Positions 35,991 to 44,960 of a stretch of DNA of 64,000 nucleotides are shown here, piece after piece (positions within the stretch are counted from its first letter, which is position 1; every line of letters begins with the position of its first letter). The stretch comes from an uncultured bacterium (lineage in GTDB: Bacteria; Patescibacteriota; Minisyncoccia; Phycocordibacterales; Phycocordibacteraceae): assembly GCA_903825105.1 (NCBI GenBank), contig CAIJZI010000006.1:87368-151367 (forward strand). The letters are read 5' to 3'. The position numbers were made by a program, and so were the translations under genes. The notes under the pieces were generated by a model, which had not been told where the DNA came from, made no database searches, and saw nothing but the letters and a program-made list of their open reading frames with translations.

Positions 35991-37428
35991 TCGCGCTCGC
36001 GAGCGCTTCAGTCACGCCTCTTCGCATACCTTCGCGCACCACTTGAAGCATTGTGGGATTCACCGGCACAGTAGTATAAGAAGGCACTTGATCAGCGAGC
36101 ATTGTTGGCGTAAACAATTTTCCACCATTCGCGATTGCTGCTGTCGCGCGCGCCATCTGCACAGGTGTCACCTGCATCGAATATTGCCCGATAGCAGTAA
36201 AATAGGTATCGCCGAGATACCACTGTTCATTAAATGTTTTTCCTTTCCAATCGGGCGACGGCACGAGCCCTTTCATCTCTCCGGGTAAATCAATGCCAGT
36301 CGTGCTCCCCATCCCAAATTGTTGATACCAATAATCGAGCCGATCGATGCCGAGCCCTTTCTGATTTCCAAATCCGCCACCAACGGTATAAAAGAAAACA
36401 TCCGAGGACCAGGCTATAGCCCTTCGCACATCAACCGGCCCGAGCGCTCTCCATCCGTTATAAATAAATTTTTTCCCTGTGTGATACGGGTCTGGTATAG
36501 CGATCGATCCTGTATCGTTAATAACGGTATTTGGCGTGATAACACCGTCAGTGAGCGCTCCGGCTGAAACAAAGGGCTTCACGATTGATCCAGGAGTATA
36601 GATACCTTGAACCGCATGATCGAGAAAGGCGTTCCCCGGATTTTTATTATACGAAGCGATAACACTCGAGGGCGTACCATTACTCATCACATTTGGATCA
36701 AAAGAAGGATACGAGACAATCGCGCGCACTGCGCCGGTATTCACATCGATAATAACTCCAGCGCCAGCGATAAAATGTTTATTATTTACCGTACTCGAAA
36801 TCGCATCGGCAAATAATTCTTCTAGGCGCGAATCGATTGAGAGACGCACTGTCTTTCCGCTCTCTGCGGGGATAATCGTACCTTCTGAACGAACATTCCC
36901 GACCGCGTCAGTCTCCGTCAATAACTGTCCATTTTTACCCGACAGGAGCGCATCGTACTTCGCTTCGATACCGGCGACCCCTTTTTCTTCAGTTTCATAA
37001 TAAATTCCTTTTGAATCTTTTTTTGGATACGAGACATAGCCGATAATCTGCCCGAACGAAGGAATTGGATATTCGCGGCGCATCACGCCATCTTTATCCT
37101 CAACATTTTGTGCGAGAACTACACCGTTTATGTCAGTAATCACGCTCCGTGGTGCAAAAAGTGTCGCAACATCGAGACTATTGTGTGTGCTCTCTTCTGC
37201 AAAATAGTCACCATTTATAACCTGCAGATTCCACGAACGAACTATCAGAACGATAAAAAGCAGAGATAAAATGATGCTGATAGAAATAAATATGCTGCGC
37301 GGAAGGGGCTTCTCGATTCTTCCTTCAAACATCGCTCGATCGAAGTCTGGTGCGTTTGATGAGTCGAGAAATATCTCATCAGGAGCTATTTCAAAATCCT
37401 GCCGTGCCTTTCGCCTCTTCATCATCAA
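35758..37428 (-). CDS. mrdA: penicillin-binding protein 2 (elongasome transpeptidase)
   Basis: N-terminal TM, SxxK (GSIVKPF), KTGTAQ; immediately downstream of mreBCD. Confidence 0.85.
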   Translation of the reverse strand: MMMKRRKARQDFEIAPDEIFLDSSNAPDFDRAMFEGRIEKPLPRSIFISISIILSLLFIVLIVRSWNLQVINGDYFAEESTHNSLDVATLFAPRSVITDINGVVLAQNVEDKDGVMRREYPIPSFGQIIGYVSYPKKDSKGIYYETEEKGVAGIEAKYDALLSGKNGQLLTETDAVGNVRSEGTIIPAESGKTVRLSIDSRLEELFADAISSTVNNKHFIAGAGVIIDVNTGAVRAIVSYPSFDPNVMSNGTPSSVIASYNKNPGNAFLDHAVQGIYTPGSIVKPFVSAGALTDGVITPNTVINDTGSIAIPDPYHTGKKFIYNGWRALGPVDVRRAIAWSSDVFFYTVGGGFGNQKGLGIDRLDYWYQQFGMGSTTGIDLPGEMKGLVPSPDWKGKTFNEQWYLGDTYFTAIGQYSMQVTPVQMARATAAIANGGKLFTPTMLADQVPSYTTVPVNPTMLQVVREGMRRGVTEALASAINLPYVSVAAKTGTAQTGTHNQYDNSWVEGFFPYDKPQYAFAVVLERGPQGAGEQSVNVMQQLFDSLHAESSSYVGQ

Positions 37429-37676
37429 TGTATAGTACTCGTTTGAAGTCGAGTCCGCACGAATATCGCTATGCCAGTTACGAGCAAGCCTAAAATCGTA
37501 TAAAGTGGCACGAGAGTTATTTTCATTGAGTAATAAAGGGTGTCAGCAAATATCCCTATAGCGAGTGGGAGAAGTGGAACAAAAAACGAAGAAACGAGAA
37601 CGAGAAACGCTGTAAACTGCCACGGGAAAAGAATAACTGAAACAAATGCGATGAGTGTGATAAGTATGCGCATCAT
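37425..37676 (-). CDS. mreD: rod shape-determining protein MreD-like
   Basis: Small polytopic membrane protein after mreC; ATGA start/stop overlap with mreC. Confidence 0.55.
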   Translation of the reverse strand: MMRILITLIAFVSVILFPWQFTAFLVLVSSFFVPLLPLAIGIFADTLYYSMKITLVPLYTILGLLVTGIAIFVRTRLQTSTIH

Positions 37677-38500
37677 AAAGGAGTTGTTGTAGCGGAGATA
37701 GAGACTGGCACTCCAGCATCTCTTAAAAGTACCCATGTCGTAGAAAAAAGATTTACTGCGGGCACGATGTGTAGTTCTACAGCTGGCGATGAAGGATCAC
37801 TGTCGACACTACCGATGACGCCTATTGGCAAAGCCCCAGGACCTGAAACAAAAACAATGTCACCCACCGCGCTATTCGCAGAACGCGGCATTGTTGCTTT
37901 TATCGCACCAGCGCCAGCGCCGTATAAAGTGATGGGCAATTTTTTATTGCCAAACCACCCATTGGTAGCTGTCCGTGGCGAAGAAAAGAGCACCACACGC
38001 GAGAAGTTTTCTAAGACAGCAGAAACGACTCCGATAGGAGTGCCTTCTCCTCCAAAAGCTTCCATACCAACCTTCACCCCATCGTTACTACCGGCGGCGA
38101 GTACGAGAATATCGTACGGACTCTCTGGAGGACGCGCGACGACGCCAGCATATATCGCCGATGAACAAAAATCAGACTTGCAAGAAAGTCCAGAAATGTC
38201 AGCGACTTTCTGTATGAGTATCTGATTTTCATTCGCGAGTTCAGTGTTCTTTTGTATCAGAACTTCATTTTTTATCGTGAGCCGTTGTGCATTCCCAAAT
38301 CCTGATATAACAGAATGATATTCTTGTGCAATTGCATCGGAGGTATAAAAGACGGGAGAAAAAATATGCCAGAAAAAATTCGGGAAGAGTATGCGAATGA
38401 GACACAAAAAAATTGCCGCTATAAGCGCATACGCTCCGCACGAAAAGTGCTCTGCGGAAAAAAATATTTTATGCTTCGGTAAGTATGTCTTCTTCATCAA
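37673..38500 (-). CDS. mreC: rod shape-determining protein MreC
   Basis: N-terminal TM, coiled coil, beta-rich C-domain; sits between mreB and mreD. Confidence 0.75.
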   Translation of the reverse strand: MMKKTYLPKHKIFFSAEHFSCGAYALIAAIFLCLIRILFPNFFWHIFSPVFYTSDAIAQEYHSVISGFGNAQRLTIKNEVLIQKNTELANENQILIQKVADISGLSCKSDFCSSAIYAGVVARPPESPYDILVLAAGSNDGVKVGMEAFGGEGTPIGVVSAVLENFSRVVLFSSPRTATNGWFGNKKLPITLYGAGAGAIKATMPRSANSAVGDIVFVSGPGALPIGVIGSVDSDPSSPAVELHIVPAVNLFSTTWVLLRDAGVPVSISATTTPL

Positions 38501-39521
38501 TAAAGAAATCTTCGTACGGCGCCGGATCTTCGGTCACAATACCGGCTCCGCGTACAACAGCCGTGAGAGGGTCTGGCGTCACCTTCACCGGCACGCCGAG
38601 CATCTTCGCGAGCACTTGAGGAAGCCCGCGTAGAAGCGCCCCACCACCGAAAACGGTGACGCCGCGTTCGAGCACATCTGAAAGAAGTTCCGGCGGAGTC
38701 GCTTCAATCACCTCTTTCATCGCATCCATAAGCGTGTCGAGAGAGGGCGATATCGCTTCGCGTATATGTGCATCAGTGAGAAGCACTTCTCGCGGGAGTC
38801 CGGTCGCGAAGTCGCGCCCGCGCACCGTTCGAGAAAGTGTTTCTGAAAGTGGCGTCACCGCACCAATAGAAATTTTCACCTCTTCTGCCGTTCTCTCGCC
38901 TATCCCCAGTTTAAATTCGCTCCGAACAAAATCGATAATGTTTTCATTAAATCTGTCGCCCGCGACGGGCGAACTCTTTGAAGAAACGACTCCTTTAAGA
39001 GCGATAACGGCTATGTCAGTCGTGCCGCCACCAATGTCGAGCACCATTGTCCCCACGGCTTCTGACACCGGGAGCTTCGCACCGATCGCCCCAGCCACTG
39101 CCTCTTCGAGGATAATCGCTTCGCGCGCGCCCGCATTCCGCGCGGCGTCGCGCACTGCGCGGCTCTGTACATTCGTCACACCCGTCGGCACACCGATCAC
39201 CACACGCGAACCAAAGAATCGCATTCTCCCACTCTGTGCTTTATTTATAAAATAGGCGAGCAATTCTTCAGTCACTTCGAAGTCCGAGATAACACCGTGG
39301 GAGAGTGGGCGCACCACGCGAATGTGCGCTGGCGTTTTCCCCAACATCGCCTTAGCTTCTTTCCCGATCGCGACAATCTGATTGGTCTTGTCGTTTACTG
39401 CAACAACGGATGGCTCGGTGAGTACGACGCCGCGACCTTTTACATACACAAGCGTGTTCGTTGTCCCGAGGTCAATCGCGATGTCATTCCCGAAAAATAA
39501 ACTTTTTGAAAACTTCGCCAT
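38469..39521 (-). CDS. mreB: rod shape-determining protein MreB
   Basis: Actin-fold motifs (IDLGTTNTLVYV, DIGGGTTD). Confidence 0.95.
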   Translation of the reverse strand: MAKFSKSLFFGNDIAIDLGTTNTLVYVKGRGVVLTEPSVVAVNDKTNQIVAIGKEAKAMLGKTPAHIRVVRPLSHGVISDFEVTEELLAYFINKAQSGRMRFFGSRVVIGVPTGVTNVQSRAVRDAARNAGAREAIILEEAVAGAIGAKLPVSEAVGTMVLDIGGGTTDIAVIALKGVVSSKSSPVAGDRFNENIIDFVRSEFKLGIGERTAEEVKISIGAVTPLSETLSRTVRGRDFATGLPREVLLTDAHIREAISPSLDTLMDAMKEVIEATPPELLSDVLERGVTVFGGGALLRGLPQVLAKMLGVPVKVTPDPLTAVVRGAGIVTEDPAPYEDFFIDEEDILTEA

Positions 39522-39522
39522 A

Positions 39523-40767
39523 TTATGAAATGAGTTCTGCGCGTTCGGCTTTATTTACTTCTCCACTTGCGCGATCCACAATTTCAAATTTCCCCGTATT
39601 CACCGCATCTTTCCCAACCACAATTCTTTTTGGAATACCAAGCAAATCAGAATCAGCGAATTTTTGTCCCGCGCTCATATCGCGATCGTCGTAGAGAACT
39701 TCAACGCCAGCATTTTTTAAATCATTGTAGAGCGCATCGGCGAGTTGCGAAATTTCATCGCCTTCTTTCCCGAGAGAAACAATATGATACTTAAGCGGCG
39801 CGACTGATTCTGGCCAGACGAGCCCTTTATCGTCAGCAAATACCTCAACAATCGTGCCCATCAAGCGCCCGAGGCCGATACCATAACTGCCCATAAAAAC
39901 AGGCGTTGTCTTCCCTTCTGCATCCTTATAAGACAGTCCGAGTGCTTCAGAAAACTTCGTCCCGAGCGTGAAGATGTTGCCTACTTCAATCGCTTTTTCT
40001 TCTTTTAAGTTTTCTTTTTTAATGCCCATTTCTTCATACACTTTTTCATCACCATAGACTTCTTTATTCACTGCTAGTTTTTTTGCATCATCGACATAAA
40101 TAGCGTCTTCTCCCGTGCTACAGACGGTCTGGAATTCGTGTGAATACGGGCTAAATGATCCGCCAGAAGCGTAAGTAAGATAAGTTTTATCGCCGATGCC
40201 AACGCGCGCAAAAATATTTTCATATGCCCGCTTCGCTTTTTCATAAAATGCATCGTGCTCGGCCTTATCTTTTGAAAATGAATACAGATCTTTCATCGTG
40301 AACTCGCGGGTGCGCATAATGCCCGACTTCGCGCGCGTCTCATTTCTAAACTTGTCTTGGAATTGGTAGACATAGCGCGGCAGGTCGCGATACGAAGAGA
40401 TGTGATCGGTCATCAGTCGCGTGAGCGGCTCTTCGTGAGTGAGGCCGAGGCCAACTTCCCCGCCATTTTTAAACGCCGTTTTAAACCACACATCAACCTT
40501 TTCATCACTCCAACGATCAGTCGCCTTCCAGATCTCCGGATCCTGCAGCGCCGAGAGCGACACTTCTTCTCCACCAATCGCGTTCATCTCTTCACGGATA
40601 ATCGCGCGGATCTTCTCAATCACACGCAGACCCAAAGGCAGATAATCATACACACCCGCCATCTCTTTATGAATGTAGCCCGCGCGCACGAGGAGCTGTG
40701 CGTTCTTCGCGACTTCGTCAGCCGGTGCTTCGCGGCGCGTTTTGGTAAAAAGTTCGGATTGCTTCAT
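39523..40767 (-). CDS. proS: prolyl-tRNA synthetase, bacterial-type N-terminus but no INS editing domain
   Basis: FTKTRREAPADEV..AGYI N-terminus; class II motifs; the anticodon-binding domain follows the catalytic core directly. Confidence 0.85.
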   Translation of the reverse strand: MKQSELFTKTRREAPADEVAKNAQLLVRAGYIHKEMAGVYDYLPLGLRVIEKIRAIIREEMNAIGGEEVSLSALQDPEIWKATDRWSDEKVDVWFKTAFKNGGEVGLGLTHEEPLTRLMTDHISSYRDLPRYVYQFQDKFRNETRAKSGIMRTREFTMKDLYSFSKDKAEHDAFYEKAKRAYENIFARVGIGDKTYLTYASGGSFSPYSHEFQTVCSTGEDAIYVDDAKKLAVNKEVYGDEKVYEEMGIKKENLKEEKAIEVGNIFTLGTKFSEALGLSYKDAEGKTTPVFMGSYGIGLGRLMGTIVEVFADDKGLVWPESVAPLKYHIVSLGKEGDEISQLADALYNDLKNAGVEVLYDDRDMSAGQKFADSDLLGIPKRIVVGKDAVNTGKFEIVDRASGEVNKAERAELIS

Positions 40768-40867
40768 ATCGATATAGTATATGCCCCGTAGGCACTCTGC
40801 GCAAAAGGAAAAGCCCCGCAATGAAGCGGGGCGAAATGTGGGACATCGGAAGTCCCACATTTTGTTC

Positions 40868-40883
40868 TACCGAAGTTTCGGTA
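40868..40883. repeat. palindrome TACCGAA-GT-TTCGGTA
   Basis: 7-bp arms; sits immediately upstream of the -35 of the ncRNA promoter. Confidence 0.8.
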
Positions 40884-40887
40884 AATG

Positions 40888-40916
40888 TTGACTTATTTTT
40901 AACAATGGACTATTTT
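40888..40916 (+). promoter_or_regulatory. sigma-70-like promoter TTGACT-17-TATTTT
   Basis: Hexamers with a 17-nt spacer, 6-8 nt before the predicted 5' end. Confidence 0.55.
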
Positions 40917-40922
40917 GTCAGC

Positions 40923-41117
40923 GGAGGTTCAGGCAACGCGAAGGTTCAAATCCACGCGAACCAATGACTCACTTGGCACTCGGCCGCAAATAGGCCTTTA
41001 AGATCCGGCAAGCTGCCGCTACTGGATTGGCCCAGCCCAGTTGCCAAGAAGAGACTTTTCAAAGGTCGCCTGAACTTCCCCAAATCATAGCCGCACTTCG
41101 GTGCGGCTTTTGTTTTT
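40923..41117 (+). ncRNA. candidate structured ncRNA (about 195 nt), class unknown (6S-like length)
   Basis: Promoter upstream; terminator agccgcac-UUCG-gtgcggct then T-run; a 15-bp closing helix pairs the 5' end (gaggttcaggcaac) with the 3' end (gtcgcctgaacttc); internal hairpins. Confidence 0.45.
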
Positions 41118-41125
41118 CATAATTC

Positions 41126-41141
41126 TACCGAAACTTCGGTA
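41126..41141. repeat. palindrome TACCGAA-AC-TTCGGTA
   Basis: Reverse complement of the copy at 40868. Confidence 0.8.
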
Positions 41142-41145
41142 AGTT

Positions 41146-42264
41146 TTACCCAACGATTTTGAAAATATCGTGCGCGGTGACGACGAGCATGAGGATAATA
41201 AGAAAGGCGAAGCCGAGAGCGTTTACCACTTTAAAAACTTTTTGATTTATCGGTCGGCGAATAATGCTTTCAATAATGACGAACAGAAGCCGCCCGCCGT
41301 CGAGCGCGGGGATTGGAATGAGATTTATTAAAGCGAGATTAATAGAAATGACGGCAAAAAAAGAGAGGATGTTCCCGAAACCTTGTGAAGAGTATTCGCC
41401 AACGGCATTCACTATCCCTACCGGCCCCGCGACCTGTGACAAGTCAGCACGAAGCATAAAAGCACTCGCGAAAAAATGTACAAGCCCTTCTGTGGTTAAA
41501 ACGATCGTGCCCCAGGTGAGCGATGCTCCCTCATTTATCGCTTTTAGAAATGATACGGGGACAACGCCGACAGTCGCGACTTCGACGCCGAGCGTGTAGG
41601 TGTTTAATTTTGTCGGAACAACGCCGAGCGCGGGCGTCGCGGTAATTATTTTTTCAATTCCATTGTGTTTAATGGTGAGAGCAATAACTTCGCCATTACT
41701 CGCCGCGACGAATGATGAGAAGCTTGTTGTATCAATAAAATGCCCCTCGACTCCGCTCTGGGCAAACCATTCACCATTCGAATATTTCGCGCTTAAAATA
41801 GAATCACCCGCAGTGAGCCCGGCGCGCGCAGCAGGAGTGTTTGGCAAGACATTTGCGATAGCGAGCTCAACATTTTTAGCACCAGCGATTTCATTTTGAG
41901 AAAGTGCTCGCGGCGTCCCAGCGACAAGCGCACTCGTGATAAGAATGTAGGCGAAGACGAGATTCATCGTGATGCCGGCTATGAGAACTACGGCCTGCGC
42001 GAAACGGTTTTTTGAAGTGAATGCTCGCGGATCCTTTTTCTCCGGTTCAGAGTCTTCACCAAATATTTTCACGAATCCACCAAAAGGCAGCCAGTTAAGC
42101 GAAATAATTGTCTCGCCGATCTTCCCTATCTTCGCGATGCGCGGCGGATAGCCGAGACCAAATTCATCGACACGCATCTTCGCTACCTTCGCCGCAACAA
42201 AATGCCCCACCTCGTGCACAAGGATAAGCACGACGATGCCAACAATAAAAATTAAAATATTCAT
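41146..42264 (-). CDS. rseP: site-2 protease RseP-like zinc metalloprotease (M50) with PDZ domain
   Basis: HEVGHFVAAK (HExxH), PDZ region, multiple TMs, LDGG motif. Confidence 0.85.
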   Translation of the reverse strand: MNILIFIVGIVVLILVHEVGHFVAAKVAKMRVDEFGLGYPPRIAKIGKIGETIISLNWLPFGGFVKIFGEDSEPEKKDPRAFTSKNRFAQAVVLIAGITMNLVFAYILITSALVAGTPRALSQNEIAGAKNVELAIANVLPNTPAARAGLTAGDSILSAKYSNGEWFAQSGVEGHFIDTTSFSSFVAASNGEVIALTIKHNGIEKIITATPALGVVPTKLNTYTLGVEVATVGVVPVSFLKAINEGASLTWGTIVLTTEGLVHFFASAFMLRADLSQVAGPVGIVNAVGEYSSQGFGNILSFFAVISINLALINLIPIPALDGGRLLFVIIESIIRRPINQKVFKVVNALGFAFLIILMLVVTAHDIFKIVG

Positions 42265-42812
42265 TCAGCGATTTCTGTATGTTTGCGTTCAAGAATCTTC
42301 AAGAGAGACTCATTACCCGCATCGATTAATTTCTGCACCTCTGTTTTAAGTCGAGAAATTTCATCCTTCCCTACGCCACCTTCTTTTTCTGATGCGTCGA
42401 GCGCCTTGAGTGCGTCGGTTCGATATGAGCGCAGTGTCACCTTCGCTTGCTCCGTTTTATCGCCTGCGATTTTTGAAAGTTGTGTACGGCGTTCGCTTGT
42501 GAGCTCGGGGAATGAAACGCGTAAGCCCTGATCGTCGGTGGCGATGCCGACACCGAGATTCGCATCGGTAATGCCCTTTTCTATTTTCTTCACGAGCGAC
42601 ATATCCCAAGGGATGATGCGAAGCGTTCGAGCGTCTTCAACAGAAATCGAGGCGAGCTCGCGCAGCGGCGTGTGCGTATCATAGGCTTCAGCCTTCACTC
42701 CGTCGAGTAGTGTTGGCGCGGCGCGGCCAGTGCGGATACCAGAAAGCTCTTTTTTAAGCCATTCTTCTGTTTCGGTAATATTTGTTTTTAATTTTGAAAA
42801 GTCGTAGGTCAT
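42261..42812 (-). CDS. frr: ribosome recycling factor
   Basis: Conserved RRF sequence throughout. Confidence 0.95.
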   Translation of the reverse strand: MTYDFSKLKTNITETEEWLKKELSGIRTGRAAPTLLDGVKAEAYDTHTPLRELASISVEDARTLRIIPWDMSLVKKIEKGITDANLGVGIATDDQGLRVSFPELTSERRTQLSKIAGDKTEQAKVTLRSYRTDALKALDASEKEGGVGKDEISRLKTEVQKLIDAGNESLLKILERKHTEIAE

Positions 42813-42853
42813 AAAATAGTTTGTAGGTTATAGGGAGTAGGTCGTAGTTAATT

Positions 42854-43552
42854 CTATAGCAAATGCGACGGAATGACGAGTGAGAGATGTTCGAGAATCA
42901 TCTTTACCGGCGCGCTACGGTCGTAGAGATATGTGCGTAAAACAGCAATGTCAGAAAGAAGCGCTGCGGCTTCGCCGCCGCGCTTCTTGAATTTTTCATA
43001 CGCTACCATCTCAACACCATTTAAAATCGCGATCGCGTCATCGCGATGCTCGCGCCGTTCTTCTTCGTCATCACCACTCGCGAGCTTTTTAATCAGTGCA
43101 CTTCTTTTTTCTTTATTGGCTTTCAAAAATTCTTTGGAGCTTTCTGAAATGATGGATTTCGTAAACCCATCATTTGACTCTTTTACATTATTCAACACTT
43201 GCACGCGCGAACGCAAAGTTGGGAGAAGGCTACCAAGCGACGGCAATACCAGAAAAATATAAGTGTTTGGAGGTGGCTCTTCAAAAAGTTTTAAAAGCGC
43301 GTTTTGTGCTTCGTGATAAGCGCGACTCGCCGTGATGATGAGAGCTTTAGACTCTCCACTGAAGGGCGCGCTCGCCGCGATCTCGCAGACCTTCCGCGCA
43401 TCATCAACAGAAAAGAGTCCGTAGCGTAAAACAACAAGATCAGGATTGCTCATTTCTGCTTTCATCTTCAATTCCTTCTCCACCCACGCTCCCGCCACCT
43501 TAATTCCCTCCTCTGCCTCTGCTTCAATAACAAATGCGTGATGTAGTGTCAT
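42854..43552 (-). CDS. holB: DNA polymerase III delta' (clamp-loader) subunit-like
   Basis: KLFEEPP and LPTLRSR motifs of clamp-loader AAA+ subunits; no intact Walker A. Confidence 0.6.
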   Translation of the reverse strand: MTLHHAFVIEAEAEEGIKVAGAWVEKELKMKAEMSNPDLVVLRYGLFSVDDARKVCEIAASAPFSGESKALIITASRAYHEAQNALLKLFEEPPPNTYIFLVLPSLGSLLPTLRSRVQVLNNVKESNDGFTKSIISESSKEFLKANKEKRSALIKKLASGDDEEERREHRDDAIAILNGVEMVAYEKFKKRGGEAAALLSDIAVLRTYLYDRSAPVKMILEHLSLVIPSHLL

Positions 43553-44574
43553 TGCTTCGTTAAAATGCTTTTTTTGTAAGTATCCAAATGTTTGAGCGCG
43601 ATGCCGGTGCCGCGCGCGACACAGAAGTAGGGGTCGGTCGCTAGCTTCGCGATAACGCCTGTTCGGCGATAGACGAGCTCCGGCATTTGACGGAGCTGTG
43701 ACGAGCCGCCGGTTAGAATAATGCCATTGTCGATAATGTCGGCGGCGAGCTCGGGCGGGGTGTCCTGTAGCACCTTTCGTATCGCCTGCGTCATCTCGCG
43801 CAGTTCGCGGCTCATCGCCTGCACGATGTCGTTGGTCGAGAGGTCAACCGTGCGCGGCAGCCCGCTCATTAAGTCACGACCTTTTATCGGATACGAGATT
43901 TCTTCATTGAGCGGAACCGCGGCACCGATTTTTATTTTTATTTCTTCAGCTGTCTTGTCGCCGATCGCGAGATTGTGCTGCTTCTTCAAATGATCAACAA
44001 TCGCGTGGTCGAGCCTATCGCCCGCACACTTCACCGAGGTCGAGGCGACGATGCCGCCAAGAGAAATCACCGCGACATCGATCGTGCCGCCGCCGATGTC
44101 GACGACCATTCGCCCCATCGGTTCGTGAATCGGGATGCCCGCGCCAATCGCAGCGAGAATTGGCTCTTTAACCACATAGGCATTCTTCGCGCCGGCTTTG
44201 AGCGCCGCTTCGATCACTGCTCTCTTTTCTGTCGAAGTGACGCCAGCGGGTACAGAAATAAGAACGGTCGGCTTAAAAGGATTTCTGCCGAGCGCCTTAC
44301 GCATAAAATATTTCAACATCGCTTCAGTCACGCGATAATCAGCGATGACGCCGTCCTTCATTGGGCGATACGCGGCGATGTCATCGGGCGTTCTACCGAC
44401 CATCTGCTTCGCTTCAGCACCAATAGCGAGAATCTTATTACTCACACGCGAGTTCGCGGCTCGATTCACTGCGACAACTGACGGCTCATTTATCACCACA
44501 CCCTTCCCGGGCAAGAAAACAAGAATATTCGTCGTCCCTAAGTCAATCCCGAGTTTTGGAGAAAAGAAAGACAT
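43549..44574 (-). CDS. MreB/Mbl-family actin-like protein (second paralog)
   Basis: KLGIDLGTTNILVF, DIGGGTIDVAV; start taken at MSFFSPK. Confidence 0.85.
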   Translation of the reverse strand: MSFFSPKLGIDLGTTNILVFLPGKGVVINEPSVVAVNRAANSRVSNKILAIGAEAKQMVGRTPDDIAAYRPMKDGVIADYRVTEAMLKYFMRKALGRNPFKPTVLISVPAGVTSTEKRAVIEAALKAGAKNAYVVKEPILAAIGAGIPIHEPMGRMVVDIGGGTIDVAVISLGGIVASTSVKCAGDRLDHAIVDHLKKQHNLAIGDKTAEEIKIKIGAAVPLNEEISYPIKGRDLMSGLPRTVDLSTNDIVQAMSRELREMTQAIRKVLQDTPPELAADIIDNGIILTGGSSQLRQMPELVYRRTGVIAKLATDPYFCVARGTGIALKHLDTYKKSILTKQ

Positions 44575-44616
44575 CGTTCCTATAGTAATGGTACGATACC
44601 TCCTATGCAAGGAGGA

Positions 44617-44901
44617 ATGAAATCAATCGGAGAAATTCTTCCAGAATTTGAGAAAAAAATGGCGGACGCGCCAAAAGGAAGAAAAAGGAAAACGGAGCGC
44701 GGCGAGATGATGCGCTTCTTCCTGCGCCACTTGAATTATTCGCGAAAGAACGACGGGCTCGCGCCGATCACGATGGCACACCTCGGCACGATTCTTGAAA
44801 AAATCCCGACGGGCGATCTTTATTATTTAAAAAGTGTGTGCAGCCAGGCGAAAAATTTTAGTAAAAAGTTTTGGTGGGAACTCGACCCGACGAAGCATTA
44901 A
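44617..44901 (+). CDS. hypothetical small basic protein
   Basis: AAGGAGG RBS 6 nt upstream of ATG 44617. Confidence 0.45.
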   Translation: MKSIGEILPEFEKKMADAPKGRKRKTERGEMMRFFLRHLNYSRKNDGLAPITMAHLGTILEKIPTGDLYYLKSVCSQAKNFSKKFWWELDPTKH

Positions 44902-44960
44902 AAAGGAATTGGGAAAGGAAAAACCGCCGCGCTTCGGAAAGCGCGGCGGCTGATTTGGAA

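Noticed and set aside
40768-40868. T-box riboswitch leader for proS
   Set aside because: Hairpins and a terminator are present, but there is no T-box consensus (AAUUAGGGUGGUACCGCG-like) and no specifier-loop architecture. The proS promoter lies downstream of the terminator, so the hairpins are more likely terminators for rseP read-through.
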